Assembly: GCA_045541035.1 (NCBI GenBank)
Contig: JAZQII010000090.1
Span: forward strand, 9,175-73,174
Direction of reading: 5' to 3'
Origin: Clostridia bacterium
GTDB taxonomy: Bacteria > Bacillota > Clostridia > Christensenellales > QALW01
Length of the DNA: 64,000 bases
Below, piece by piece: positions 31,898-40,955 of this stretch; position 1 is the first letter of the stretch; each line of letters begins with the position of its first letter. The notes under the pieces were generated by a model. The model searched no databases, was not told where the DNA came from, and worked only from the letters and a program-made list of their open reading frames with translations. Position numbers and translations under genes: made by a program.

Positions 31898-32087
31898 CAG
31901 AGCACTGACAAACCCATGCAAACATAATCTCCTGCAAAAAATTTGCAGGAGATTATTTGCTTTGTTGCATTCACTTGCAAAATTCGGTCATTTACCGTCA
32001 TGTAAACTCCCTCTTTTGCAAGTTCTGCGCCTTGCCTTGCATAGGTTTCTCGAACTCTGACAGTCTGCTGACAAAGTCAGCAGACTG
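31898..32087 (+). mobile_element. ~190-bp MITE, copy 2, flanked by a 26-bp direct repeat of the rpoC terminator
   Basis: AAGTCAGCCTGAAATACGGCTGACTT at 31872-31897 and 32088-32113. Confidence 0.9.
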
Positions 32088-32118
32088 AAGTCAGCCTGAA
32101 ATACGGCTGACTTTTTGT
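32088..32118 (+). terminator. rpoBC terminator (right-hand duplicated copy with U-tract)
   Basis: AAGTCAGCC-tgaaatac-GGCTGACTT + TTT. Confidence 0.8.
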
Positions 32119-32198
32119 TATTTTTTTGCAGAAACGGGAATATATGTAAAATAAAACATGATTTTCCGTAAAAAAACGTTAAAATCTTGTTAAAAAAG

Positions 32199-32229
32199 TT
32201 TGACAATGACTTGTCAAATGTGGTATTAT
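32199..32229 (+). promoter_or_regulatory. Promoter of the 2100-aa gene with a palindrome over the -35 box
   Basis: TTGACA at 32200 and TG-extended TATTAT at 32224; perfect 8-4-8 IR TTTGACAA-tgac-TTGTCAAA. Confidence 0.6.
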
Positions 32230-32285
32230 AATACTGTGTATAAATGCCCCCTAAAGGGGATATCTAAGAAAGGAAGAAAAGCATT

Positions 32286-35200
32286 ATGAAAAAACTTTTA
32301 AGCTTAGTTCTCGTTCTTGCAATGCTTATTTCATGCGTAAGCATGGTTTCGATCGTTGCAGGCGGAAGCGAAAACGTCGGCGTAAAGCTTACTGCTACTA
32401 AGGCTCTGGCTGAAACTCAGGCATTTAACTACGTTAATGCAGGGCTTAGCGCAAGTGACGTTAAAAACGGCACCATAATGAAAACCTACAAGGTAACTAA
32501 CCCTACCGATCACTCGGTTATAGTTACTGTTGAATGGCGCGACGGATGGACAGAACTTAAGGGACACGATGATGAAGCAAAAACAATCACTGTTCTCCCA
32601 AAGACAACTGTGCCCTTCGGTCTTATGGTTGCAGTTGAAGATGATAACACTATCTCCTATAACAGTGGCGCAGCAAGCGCTCAACTTGCAAACATCGTTT
32701 TGCGTATTGATACCTTCTCTGCTATGGCAGCAGGCGAAAGCATCTACGTTTCTTGGGATGGCTATGATAAGCAGCCTGCCGATTTCACAACCGGCGGTCA
32801 GGGCGGCAATGCATACTCCTTTGAAAGCGTTGCATCCGTTCCTGCACCTCAGGTTAAGGCAGTTACAAACGGCGATGCTCAGGCAGGTTCCATAAACTGG
32901 GATATGATCCACGGCGGTGTAACCACCATTGTTAAGGACCCTGATAACACATCAAACAATATTGCACAGTTTGACCCCCAGGGCGGTAAGTATGCTTCAA
33001 TCGCATTTAACTTAGGCCCTGCTATCATCAAAGATGCTGAGTATGGTTATGCTGGCGGCGGCGCAGGCGAATATAAACTCACATTCCGCGCTAAGGCTGA
33101 AGCAGGTAAGGGCGGCAATTTCAATTTCGTTCTTAACTCAATGAACCATCAGGAAAAGGATACTATCAATAAGTATACCGGCTTAAACGCCACGTCAGGC
33201 AGCTATAAGACTTATACCACAACACCTATTGAACTTACTGATACTTGGAACACCTTTGAGATCACCTTTAAGGTTGAACAGGAATTCCTTGATAAACTTA
33301 AGGCTCTCTATGAATCAGCTCATTCAAATGCAAGAAAGACCTATGATCTTGTTCTTCGACTTGATGGCTCAACTCAAGGTTTTGCAAGCGAAGTCTTCAA
33401 ATATTTTGTAGATGACGTTAAGATCGAAAAGGCTTCAACTGATCCCGTAGGCCTTAAGTTTGAGATCACCGAGGATATCGGCGCAGGCTATCCTATCTGG
33501 AGAAAAGATAACCCCGGCTTCACTCAGACAATGGCTGATGCAAGCAATAACATCAACCTTTCCTATGATGTTTATAACACCAGCACCGAAGAGATCAGCA
33601 TTGATATTCAGATCCAGAAGGGCTGGAACCCCACATATGCAGTAAAAACTCTTACAATTCCTGCAGGTCAGAAGGCAACGGCGGCTTTTACTGTTGCAAC
33701 TGACGGCAACGGCAACGTTCTTAAGAGCGGTGCAGCTTTCTCAACACTTCAAGAACTTTCGATCCGTGTTCAAATAAATAACGGTTCACTTAAGAGTGCA
33801 GGCACATCATTTGTTATTGCCGCACCTATGGGTGACGTTATCTATAACATCGCTGATGCTTCAATTATGTCAGGCAACGGCACAGGCAAAACTGCTAAGA
33901 CAGTTGTAACATCACTTCCCGCAGTTGCAACACCTACTCCCGTTGTTGATAAAACCGTTGTTAACGGTGATGCTGAAAACGGCAAGACCGGTTGGAGTGT
34001 ATTTTCAGCAGCAGGTGGCACGACAACTATCGTTACTCCCGGTGCTGACGGCACAGGCCACGCAGCTAAATTTACTGCTACCGGCAAGTACGATTCTATC
34101 GGCTTTGATTTAGGTCCTGCTATCGTTCAGGATGCTGAACAAGGCTATAAGGGCGGCGGCGCAGGTAGATACACAGTTACCTTCAAGGCTAAGGCTGATG
34201 CAGGCAAGAGCGGAAAGTTCGCTTTCGTTCTTAACTCACAGCTCCATGCAAGTGAGGGTTCAAACCACAATGTTGGCGGCATTGTTCAGCAACTTCCCAC
34301 ACACAGCTATCTTACCGGTATTAAGTCAATTGAACTTACCGATCAGTGGCAGGAATATACAATTACATTTAACGTACCTGAAAACTTCCTTGAAGCAGTT
34401 AAAATGCTTCGTAACAGCACTAATGCAACTGCATCCAGAGCATACGAACTTATTCTCCGTCTTGACGGTTCAGGTGCTGTAAGCGCATTTGCAAACAATG
34501 AGTTTTTCTCATACTATGTAGATGACGTTACAATTCAAAAGGATGCAGTAGCAACTGCAACACCTGTTGCAACACCTGTTGTTACACCTACACCCACAGC
34601 TGTTCCCACAGTTCCCGTTGGTCTTGAACTTAAGGTTTCAGAAGCACTTGGCGCATCCGCTAACTTCTATTTCCTTTCAAAGCCCGGCGCACTCGCAGCT
34701 GATGCAACTGCTAACGGCACAAAGGACGTAACATACACAATTTATAACACATCCGATAAGGTTGCACACGTTCAGTTCTCACTTCAGTGCACCATCAACA
34801 ACAGCTGGCAGCCCATCAGCGGCGCAGTAGTAAGCGTTGATATTCCCGCAAACGGAAGCAAGAATGTTACTTATACCATTGAAAACATTGTAAGCGGCGA
34901 AGTTACAAAGACCTATGGCGGTCACACCGATACATTTGCACTTAACGAGCTTATGCTCCGCGTTGGCTTCACCTTTGAAGGCGGCGAAACTGTTGGCGAT
35001 GCTATCATTATTGCTGCAGATGCAAGCGATAACATCTATAACGGTCAGACAAGTGTAAGAAAGATCACAACCGCAAAGGTTTTCACTCTTCCCACAACAG
35101 CAACACCTGTTCCCACCGCAACTGCAACACCCACTCCTACACCTACTCCCGCAGCAAACAAGGTAGTTGCAAACGGTAACGTTGAAGACGGTCTTACAAA

Positions 35201-38200
35201 TTGGAACACATTCGCAGGTGCATCAGGCGGTACTCTTGAACGCGTTCAGCCCGGTGCAAACGGCACAGGTAATGCTATTAAGTTTACACCTGCCAATAAG
35301 TACACCACTTCAATGTTTGATTTAGGCCCCGCTATTATTAAGGACGCTGCAAAAGGCTATAACGGCGGCAGCGCAGGAACCTATAAGGTTACGTTCTATG
35401 CAAAGGTTGAAGCAGGCACACATTTAAGCACCGGATTCTACCCAACACTTAACTCTCAGCTTCATATGAATAAGGGTAATCAGTTAGGTTCTCATACCTT
35501 TACGGTTAACACTTACACTCCCGCAACTCAGTCAATCACGCTTACAGATGCTTGGCAGAAGTATGAAGTTACATTCATCGTATCAGAAGAATACCTTGAA
35601 AACATTATGGCAGCTTACGCTAACGGCGAAACAAAAGCTTATGAGTTAGGTCTTCGTATGGATGGCGCAGGCACAGGTCTTGCATTTAATCAGGAATTAT
35701 ATCCCTATTATCTTGACGAAGTAACAATCGAAAAGGTTGTAGCAACACCTACACCTACTGCAACACCCACACCTACCGGCGAACCCGTTGGTGTTAAGAT
35801 CGATGTTACTGAAGATCTTGCTGGCGGTTACGTTTACTGGCGTGCTACAGACCTTGGCATAACCGAGGCTATGGCAGTTGATAACGTTATTACTATTAAG
35901 AATGACGTTTACAACACAAGCGATCACGAGATCATTGTTCAGACAATGCTTCAGAACGGCTGGAGCGGATTTGAAAACGGTTCAGTATTTAAGACCATTC
36001 CCGCACAGTCAAAGATGACTCTCGAAATTAAGGTTAAGACTGACGGCAACGGCAATGCAGTTAAGGCTGACGGCACAGTTATCTGCGCACTTTCAGCACT
36101 TACTTATCGCTTTGAATTTAAGCCCAATTCAATTATGACTGCAGGCACATCCTTCGTTATTGCAGGCTTTGACGGCATCTTTAAGACAAACGGCGGTGCA
36201 AAATCATCCACTGCAATGACAGGTAGCTTCACAAAGACACTTGTTTATGAACTTCCCACATTAGTAGAAGCAACACCTACACCTACTCCCGCACCTACTC
36301 CCGTAGCTAATAAGGAAGTTACCAACGGTGACGTTGAAAACGGACTTGTAAATTGGGATGAGTTTGCAGCAGCAGGCGGTAAGGTTGAACTTACAACACC
36401 CGGTGCTGACGGCACAGGCAGTGCGGCTAAATTTACTGCTTCAGGTGTATATGATTCAATCGCATTTGATTTAGGTCCTGCAATCATCAACGCTCCTGAA
36501 CACGGCTATAACGGCGGTGGCGCAGGTAGCTATACTATCGGCTTCTGGGTAAAGGCTGATGCTAACGAAACAAACAACAAGTTCAATTTCGTTCTTAACA
36601 GCCAAGCACATCACCAGACCAATAATAAGGTTGGCGCTTACACAGTTACAATGAACACCTACATCACATCAGGTTCTGTTACAACCACAACTGAGTGGCA
36701 GTATTTTGAGACAACAGTTGCTGTAACACAAGCATTCCTTGATAACCTTAAGGGAATCTATGATGCAGGTAAGCCTTCCGCATATCAGCTTATCCTCCGT
36801 CTTGACGGTGCAACAAATGCATTTAAGGATAGCCAGTTCTTCAGCTATTATATTGATGACGTAACAATCGAAAAGGCAAAGGATCCCATTGGTATTAAGA
36901 TGACCACAACTGAAGCTTATACAGGCGATCACTATATGACCGGCGCCACAAAGGTACTTCAGGCAGATCCTTCCTTCACAGGCAAAAAGTCAATTACCTA
37001 TACCTTCTATAACCCCAGCGACGTTAATATGAACATCGCACTCAGCATGCAGGTTACTCATAAGAAGGCTGACGGCAACAACACTTGGGCAGATATTACA
37101 AAGGCTGCTTCAGGCGTTGCAGCAGCAGGCAAAAAGGTAACTCTTACCTTCACCTTCGATGTTGAAAACGGTATGGTTAAGGTTACAAACGGCGGTTCAA
37201 CTGCACTTTACTCACTTGATCAGCTCTTCTTACGTATCAACGTTAAGACAATGGGCGCAAACGAAGCAGGTAAAGAACTTATCATCGGCGCTCCCGACAA
37301 GAACGATATGCTCTATACTATCTCAAGCGCTATGAAGGGTAAAATTACTCCCGTAACTGAACTTCCTGAAATGGAAGAAACAACTCCTGCTGATTTCGCT
37401 CCCAAGAGAGAAAACGGCAACGCTGAAAACGGTCTTGTAAACTGGGGCACAATCCACGGCGGTAAGATCGAGCACGTAACTCCCGGTGCTTTAGGCACAG
37501 GTCATGCAGTTAAACTTATCCCCGCAGCAGGTGGCAAGTATAACTCAATCGCATTTGACCTTGGTCCCTGGATTATCTATGATAAGGCTAACGGTTATAA
37601 CGGCGGCGGCGCAGGTAAGTACGAAGTTACTTTCTACGCTAAGGGCGAAGGCACAGGCAAGTTCAATATCATGCTTAACTCACAGCTTCATACAAGTCAG
37701 GCTGATGCTAAGAAGTATGTTGGTTCAGCAGCAGTTGGTAACACCTATATCGGCGGCGGCTCAATCGAACTTACAAAGAGCTGGAAGAAGTACACTGTAA
37801 CATTCGATGTTAAGACCGAATGGTATCAGATGATCAAGAAGCTTCACAACAGCACACATCCCAATGCAGCACTTGCATATCAGCTTGTATTGCGTTTCGA
37901 CGGTGCATCAACTGCATTTAAGGACAGACAGTTCGCATACTATGTTGACCAGGTATCTGTAAAGAAGACAGCAAGTTATTCAAATAAGGCTGCAACGGGC
38001 GTAATGCTTGAACTTCTTGAAGATAGTTCATCATCAGCATGGTTCAAGACCGCAACAGGTGTTGTAACAAAGGCTGACGTTGTTGACGGCGAACTTACAA
38101 AGACCTATAAGATTACCAATAACGGTGAAGAAGATATCAGAATTCAGTTCTCACTTCAGGCAACTGTTAAGGTAAACGGCAAAGATTCATGGGCAGGTCC

Positions 38201-38588
38201 CAGTGCAGGTGAATGGTTTGATATTCCTGCTGGTGAAACAGTAGAAGTATCTTTTACCATGGAAGTAAATGAAGATGGTACTGTAACCGTTGCAGATAGC
38301 GACGTTAAGCTTGACGCCTTCTTTGCACGCTTCAACTTGTCAAATGCTGAAGGTCAGAATGAATTTGTAAAGGGCCTTAAGTTTACAATTATGGGCTCCA
38401 ATGCAAATGACTATAAGGCTATTGCAAAACTTCAGACATCTAATGCAAATATTTGGCAGATAACTCCCATCTATACAAAGAGCAATTCTTCCGAAAGTGG
38501 CGACATGCTTCCCGTTGCACTTATCGCAACAGTAGTGGTTGCTTCAGCTGGTTTGGTGGTAGTTGCTAAGAAGAAAAAGGAAAACTAA
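32286..38588 (+). CDS. 2100-aa cell-surface protein with alternating A and CBM4/9-like B domains, PT linkers and C-terminal anchor
   Basis: Signal peptide; five repeats NG(D/N)xxxG..W...FDLGP..GYxGG.AG.Y...LRxDG...YYxDxV; six interleaved A domains; SGD + TM + KKKK. Confidence 0.8.
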   Translation: MKKLLSLVLVLAMLISCVSMVSIVAGGSENVGVKLTATKALAETQAFNYVNAGLSASDVKNGTIMKTYKVTNPTDHSVIVTVEWRDGWTELKGHDDEAKTITVLPKTTVPFGLMVAVEDDNTISYNSGAASAQLANIVLRIDTFSAMAAGESIYVSWDGYDKQPADFTTGGQGGNAYSFESVASVPAPQVKAVTNGDAQAGSINWDMIHGGVTTIVKDPDNTSNNIAQFDPQGGKYASIAFNLGPAIIKDAEYGYAGGGAGEYKLTFRAKAEAGKGGNFNFVLNSMNHQEKDTINKYTGLNATSGSYKTYTTTPIELTDTWNTFEITFKVEQEFLDKLKALYESAHSNARKTYDLVLRLDGSTQGFASEVFKYFVDDVKIEKASTDPVGLKFEITEDIGAGYPIWRKDNPGFTQTMADASNNINLSYDVYNTSTEEISIDIQIQKGWNPTYAVKTLTIPAGQKATAAFTVATDGNGNVLKSGAAFSTLQELSIRVQINNGSLKSAGTSFVIAAPMGDVIYNIADASIMSGNGTGKTAKTVVTSLPAVATPTPVVDKTVVNGDAENGKTGWSVFSAAGGTTTIVTPGADGTGHAAKFTATGKYDSIGFDLGPAIVQDAEQGYKGGGAGRYTVTFKAKADAGKSGKFAFVLNSQLHASEGSNHNVGGIVQQLPTHSYLTGIKSIELTDQWQEYTITFNVPENFLEAVKMLRNSTNATASRAYELILRLDGSGAVSAFANNEFFSYYVDDVTIQKDAVATATPVATPVVTPTPTAVPTVPVGLELKVSEALGASANFYFLSKPGALAADATANGTKDVTYTIYNTSDKVAHVQFSLQCTINNSWQPISGAVVSVDIPANGSKNVTYTIENIVSGEVTKTYGGHTDTFALNELMLRVGFTFEGGETVGDAIIIAADASDNIYNGQTSVRKITTAKVFTLPTTATPVPTATATPTPTPTPAANKVVANGNVEDGLTNWNTFAGASGGTLERVQPGANGTGNAIKFTPANKYTTSMFDLGPAIIKDAAKGYNGGSAGTYKVTFYAKVEAGTHLSTGFYPTLNSQLHMNKGNQLGSHTFTVNTYTPATQSITLTDAWQKYEVTFIVSEEYLENIMAAYANGETKAYELGLRMDGAGTGLAFNQELYPYYLDEVTIEKVVATPTPTATPTPTGEPVGVKIDVTEDLAGGYVYWRATDLGITEAMAVDNVITIKNDVYNTSDHEIIVQTMLQNGWSGFENGSVFKTIPAQSKMTLEIKVKTDGNGNAVKADGTVICALSALTYRFEFKPNSIMTAGTSFVIAGFDGIFKTNGGAKSSTAMTGSFTKTLVYELPTLVEATPTPTPAPTPVANKEVTNGDVENGLVNWDEFAAAGGKVELTTPGADGTGSAAKFTASGVYDSIAFDLGPAIINAPEHGYNGGGAGSYTIGFWVKADANETNNKFNFVLNSQAHHQTNNKVGAYTVTMNTYITSGSVTTTTEWQYFETTVAVTQAFLDNLKGIYDAGKPSAYQLILRLDGATNAFKDSQFFSYYIDDVTIEKAKDPIGIKMTTTEAYTGDHYMTGATKVLQADPSFTGKKSITYTFYNPSDVNMNIALSMQVTHKKADGNNTWADITKAASGVAAAGKKVTLTFTFDVENGMVKVTNGGSTALYSLDQLFLRINVKTMGANEAGKELIIGAPDKNDMLYTISSAMKGKITPVTELPEMEETTPADFAPKRENGNAENGLVNWGTIHGGKIEHVTPGALGTGHAVKLIPAAGGKYNSIAFDLGPWIIYDKANGYNGGGAGKYEVTFYAKGEGTGKFNIMLNSQLHTSQADAKKYVGSAAVGNTYIGGGSIELTKSWKKYTVTFDVKTEWYQMIKKLHNSTHPNAALAYQLVLRFDGASTAFKDRQFAYYVDQVSVKKTASYSNKAATGVMLELLEDSSSSAWFKTATGVVTKADVVDGELTKTYKITNNGEEDIRIQFSLQATVKVNGKDSWAGPSAGEWFDIPAGETVEVSFTMEVNEDGTVTVADSDVKLDAFFARFNLSNAEGQNEFVKGLKFTIMGSNANDYKAIAKLQTSNANIWQITPIYTKSNSSESGDMLPVALIATVVVASAGLVVVAKKKKEN

Positions 38589-38590
38589 TT

Positions 38591-38751
38591 AAAATTCCGA
38601 TAAACTTCGCAAACATAATCCCCGAAAACATTTGTTTTCGGGGATTATTTGCTTTGTTGCGCCAAAAGATAAAAACTCAGTCATTTACGTTTTTGTAAAC
38701 TCCTTCGTTTTTACTTTTGCGCGCCTTGCCTTGCTCGTTTCTCGAAATTTT
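38591..38751 (+). repeat. Diverged relative of the MITE core (hairpin + GTCATTTAC/GTAAACTCC module)
   Basis: GCAAAC-hairpin-TTGTTGC...GTCATTTACG..GTAAACTCC...GCGCCTTGCCTTGC..GTTTCTCGAA; bounded by AAAATTCCGA/TCGAAATTTT. Confidence 0.7.
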
Positions 38752-38867
38752 ATGGTGCCGGCATGATTTCTAACGCTTTAGCTTGCAGAGGTTCTCGCAC
38801 TTTTTCTGCTAAAAAGGGAACGCTCAAATATTTACGTCTGTGTAAGCGCAATTGCTTTTACCCCCGC

Positions 38868-39220
38868 ACGCCTTGAATTTTAAGTTTTTTCTCACTCGCA
38901 AGGTTGAGATTCATATAAAGTTGCCGAAGGCATACCTCAATCAATGCTGAACAGAGAGAAGCATTGCATATCATCAAAACGAAGTTTTGTATATCATCAC
39001 GACAAAGTCGTGCATATCATCAATGCGAAGCATTGCATAAACTTACGCCTTGAATTTTAAGTTTTTTCTTACTCGCAAGGTTGAGATTCATATAAAGTTG
39101 CCGAAGGCATACCTCAATCAATGCTGAACAAAGAGAAGCATTGCATATCATCAAAACGAAGTTTTGTATATCATCACGACAAAGTCGTGCATATCATCAA
39201 TGCGAAGCATTGTATATCTC
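38868..39220. repeat. Tandem duplication of a ~177-bp unit containing a ~23-bp-period mini-hairpin array
   Basis: Units start ACGCCTTGAATTTTAAG at 38868 and 39045 and differ at only a few positions; internal TGYATATCATCA repeats. Confidence 0.9.
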
Positions 39221-39290
39221 ACGCCTTGGCTTGCGGAGTTTCTCGCACTTTTTCTGTTGAAATGTGGTGCGCTTTTATTGCGCCAAAAAT

Positions 39291-39317
39291 AAAAAAACTC
39301 CCCGTTTTGGGGAGTTT
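39291..39317 (-). terminator. Terminator of the HlyC/CorC gene
   Basis: AAACTCCCC-gtttt-GGGGAGTTT hairpin with upstream A-run (U-tract on minus strand). Confidence 0.75.
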
Positions 39318-39320
39318 ACG

Positions 39321-40655
39321 TTAATCTTCGTCGTCTTCGTCGTCAGATTCATCATCGTCAGACTTGGGGTTGACTTTTATAAGTATTTCGTGGGTTTTCA
39401 GTTCGTCGGCTTTAAGAATTGTAATTGAAAGATTTTCATATTCGAACTGATATCCTTCTTCGGGAATGGTTTCACATTGTTCAGTTACCCAACCGTTGAC
39501 GGTGGTTGACTCAATTGTTTCGTCTTCGGGAAGATCAAAGAATTCAAAGAATTCATCGATGGCAAGTGTTGACAGTACTTTATATTCATCGGAACTTACT
39601 TTTTCAAAGTTCTCAATTTCTTCGTCCTGCTCGTCCCAGATCTCGCCGACGATTTCTTCCAAAATGTCTTCCATAGTAACAAGACCTGCCGTTCCGCCGT
39701 ACTCATCAACAACGATAACAATATGATTGTGATCCATCTGCATTTCCTTAAAAAGCGCATCAAGATGAACGGATTCAGGAACAAAGGTAGGCTGAAAAAC
39801 TGCATCGGAAAGTTTGAAATCGGGTTCGTTGTGCCTTAAAAGATAATCGCGGGCATAGAGTATACCGGTAATATTATCGACCGTATCGCTGTAAACGGGG
39901 ATTCGGGAATAACCGCTTGAAACGATCAGATCAATAATTTCCTTATCTTCGGCATCTTCTGAAATAAGTTCAATGGCGTTTCGGGGAGTCATAATATCGC
40001 CGGCGGTAAGATGGTCAAGTTCGAACACATTTTTAATATACTCGATATTTTCTTTGTTAAGAGTACCTTCTTCAGCGCCTGCATCAAGCATTATAACGAT
40101 ATCTTCTTCTGAAACGGACTCTTCCGATTCGTTAGGATCAATGCCAAACAATCTCAAAACACCGTTTGTTGAAATGGTAAGAAGCCAAACAACAGGTTTC
40201 ATAACGGTTGCAAGGAACAGTATAAAACCGCAAACGGCATCGGCAAACTTTTCGCAGTTCTTCATGGCAACGCGCTTGGGAACAAGTTCGCCAAAGACCA
40301 ATGTGAAGAATGATAAAATAATAGTAATAACCACAACTGAAATACTATCAATGGTGCCTGCAAGATTTTCGGCAAGATTAAAGGTTTTCATAATCCATTG
40401 AGTAAGAGGTTCTGAAAAACTATCTGCCGCAAAAGCGGAACCTAAAAATCCTGCAAGGGTTATGCCAACCTGAATTGTGGACAAAAATCCCGTAGGGTTT
40501 TTTATCATTTTCAGCATTTTTTTTGCTTTTTTATCGCCGTCCTCAGCACGAGCCTTGACTTTGTTTTCATTTAATGAAACAACGGCAATTTCAGTAGCAG
40601 CAAAAAAGGCGTTTAGTGCAATAAGAATAATTTGTAATATCAATAATTTTATCAT
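39321..40655 (-). CDS. Hemolysin-family HlyC/CorC (CNNM/DUF21-CBS-CorC) Mg2+/Co2+ transporter
   Basis: LNAFFAATEIA, FLSTIQVGIT, FGELVPK, IMTPR, GYSRIPVY, VDEYGGTAGLVTMEDILEEIVG; start re-called at MIKLLI (GGAGG RBS). Confidence 0.9.
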   Translation of the reverse strand: MIKLLILQIILIALNAFFAATEIAVVSLNENKVKARAEDGDKKAKKMLKMIKNPTGFLSTIQVGITLAGFLGSAFAADSFSEPLTQWIMKTFNLAENLAGTIDSISVVVITIILSFFTLVFGELVPKRVAMKNCEKFADAVCGFILFLATVMKPVVWLLTISTNGVLRLFGIDPNESEESVSEEDIVIMLDAGAEEGTLNKENIEYIKNVFELDHLTAGDIMTPRNAIELISEDAEDKEIIDLIVSSGYSRIPVYSDTVDNITGILYARDYLLRHNEPDFKLSDAVFQPTFVPESVHLDALFKEMQMDHNHIVIVVDEYGGTAGLVTMEDILEEIVGEIWDEQDEEIENFEKVSSDEYKVLSTLAIDEFFEFFDLPEDETIESTTVNGWVTEQCETIPEEGYQFEYENLSITILKADELKTHEILIKVNPKSDDDESDDEDDED

Positions 40656-40693
40656 ATCATATAACCTCCATATTTTTTGAACCAATTAAAAAA

Positions 40694-40807
40694 TCAACAA
40701 CGTAAAAATTGCAGATTTAAAGGGATAAATATGGGTTTCGGGGTGATATGATTTTTTTCAGTTACACAAGAAAAAACGAGCGTGCAACTTCGGGGAAGCG
40801 GATCCAA
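40694..40807 (-). CDS. Putative 37-aa proline-containing leader peptide (MgtL-like) upstream of the HlyC/CorC gene
   Basis: AAGGAG + 8 nt + TTG; MDPLPRSCTLVFSCVTEKNHITPKPIFIPLNLQFLRC*; lies between the promoter and the main CDS. Confidence 0.55.
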   Translation of the reverse strand: MDPLPRSCTLVFSCVTEKNHITPKPIFIPLNLQFLRC

Positions 40808-40838
40808 CAAACCATCTCCTTAAAATTTATTACTAAAA

Positions 40839-40867
40839 ATTATACCATATATAAAGAATAAATGCAA
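40839..40867 (-). promoter_or_regulatory. sigmaA promoter for leader ORF + HlyC/CorC
   Basis: Minus strand TTGCAT-17-TATAAT with TG extension. Confidence 0.75.
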
Positions 40868-40955
40868 GCATTTAACGGGATTTTAAAAAAAGTGCTTTAT
40901 TTATTGAAGTTTTAAGTGTATAATATTGAAAATGTTAAAATTGAGGTATTTTTAA

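Noticed and set aside
32187-32206. Rex box (TTGTTAA..TTGACAA)
   Set aside because: Half-site spacing is 6 rather than the 4 of Rex operators
38960-39220. Possible CRISPR array
   Set aside because: Constant part is only about 12 bp, variable parts are about 11-bp palindromes, and no cas genes are present
39121-39324. 67-aa ORF in the tandem repeat
   Set aside because: Lies in non-coding repeat sequence, has no RBS, and the first repeat copy does not preserve it
40763-40816. Alternative ATG uORF (MVCWIRFPEVARSFFLV) in the HlyC leader
   Set aside because: The ATG directly abuts the AAGGAG with no spacer; the TTG frame has proper spacing
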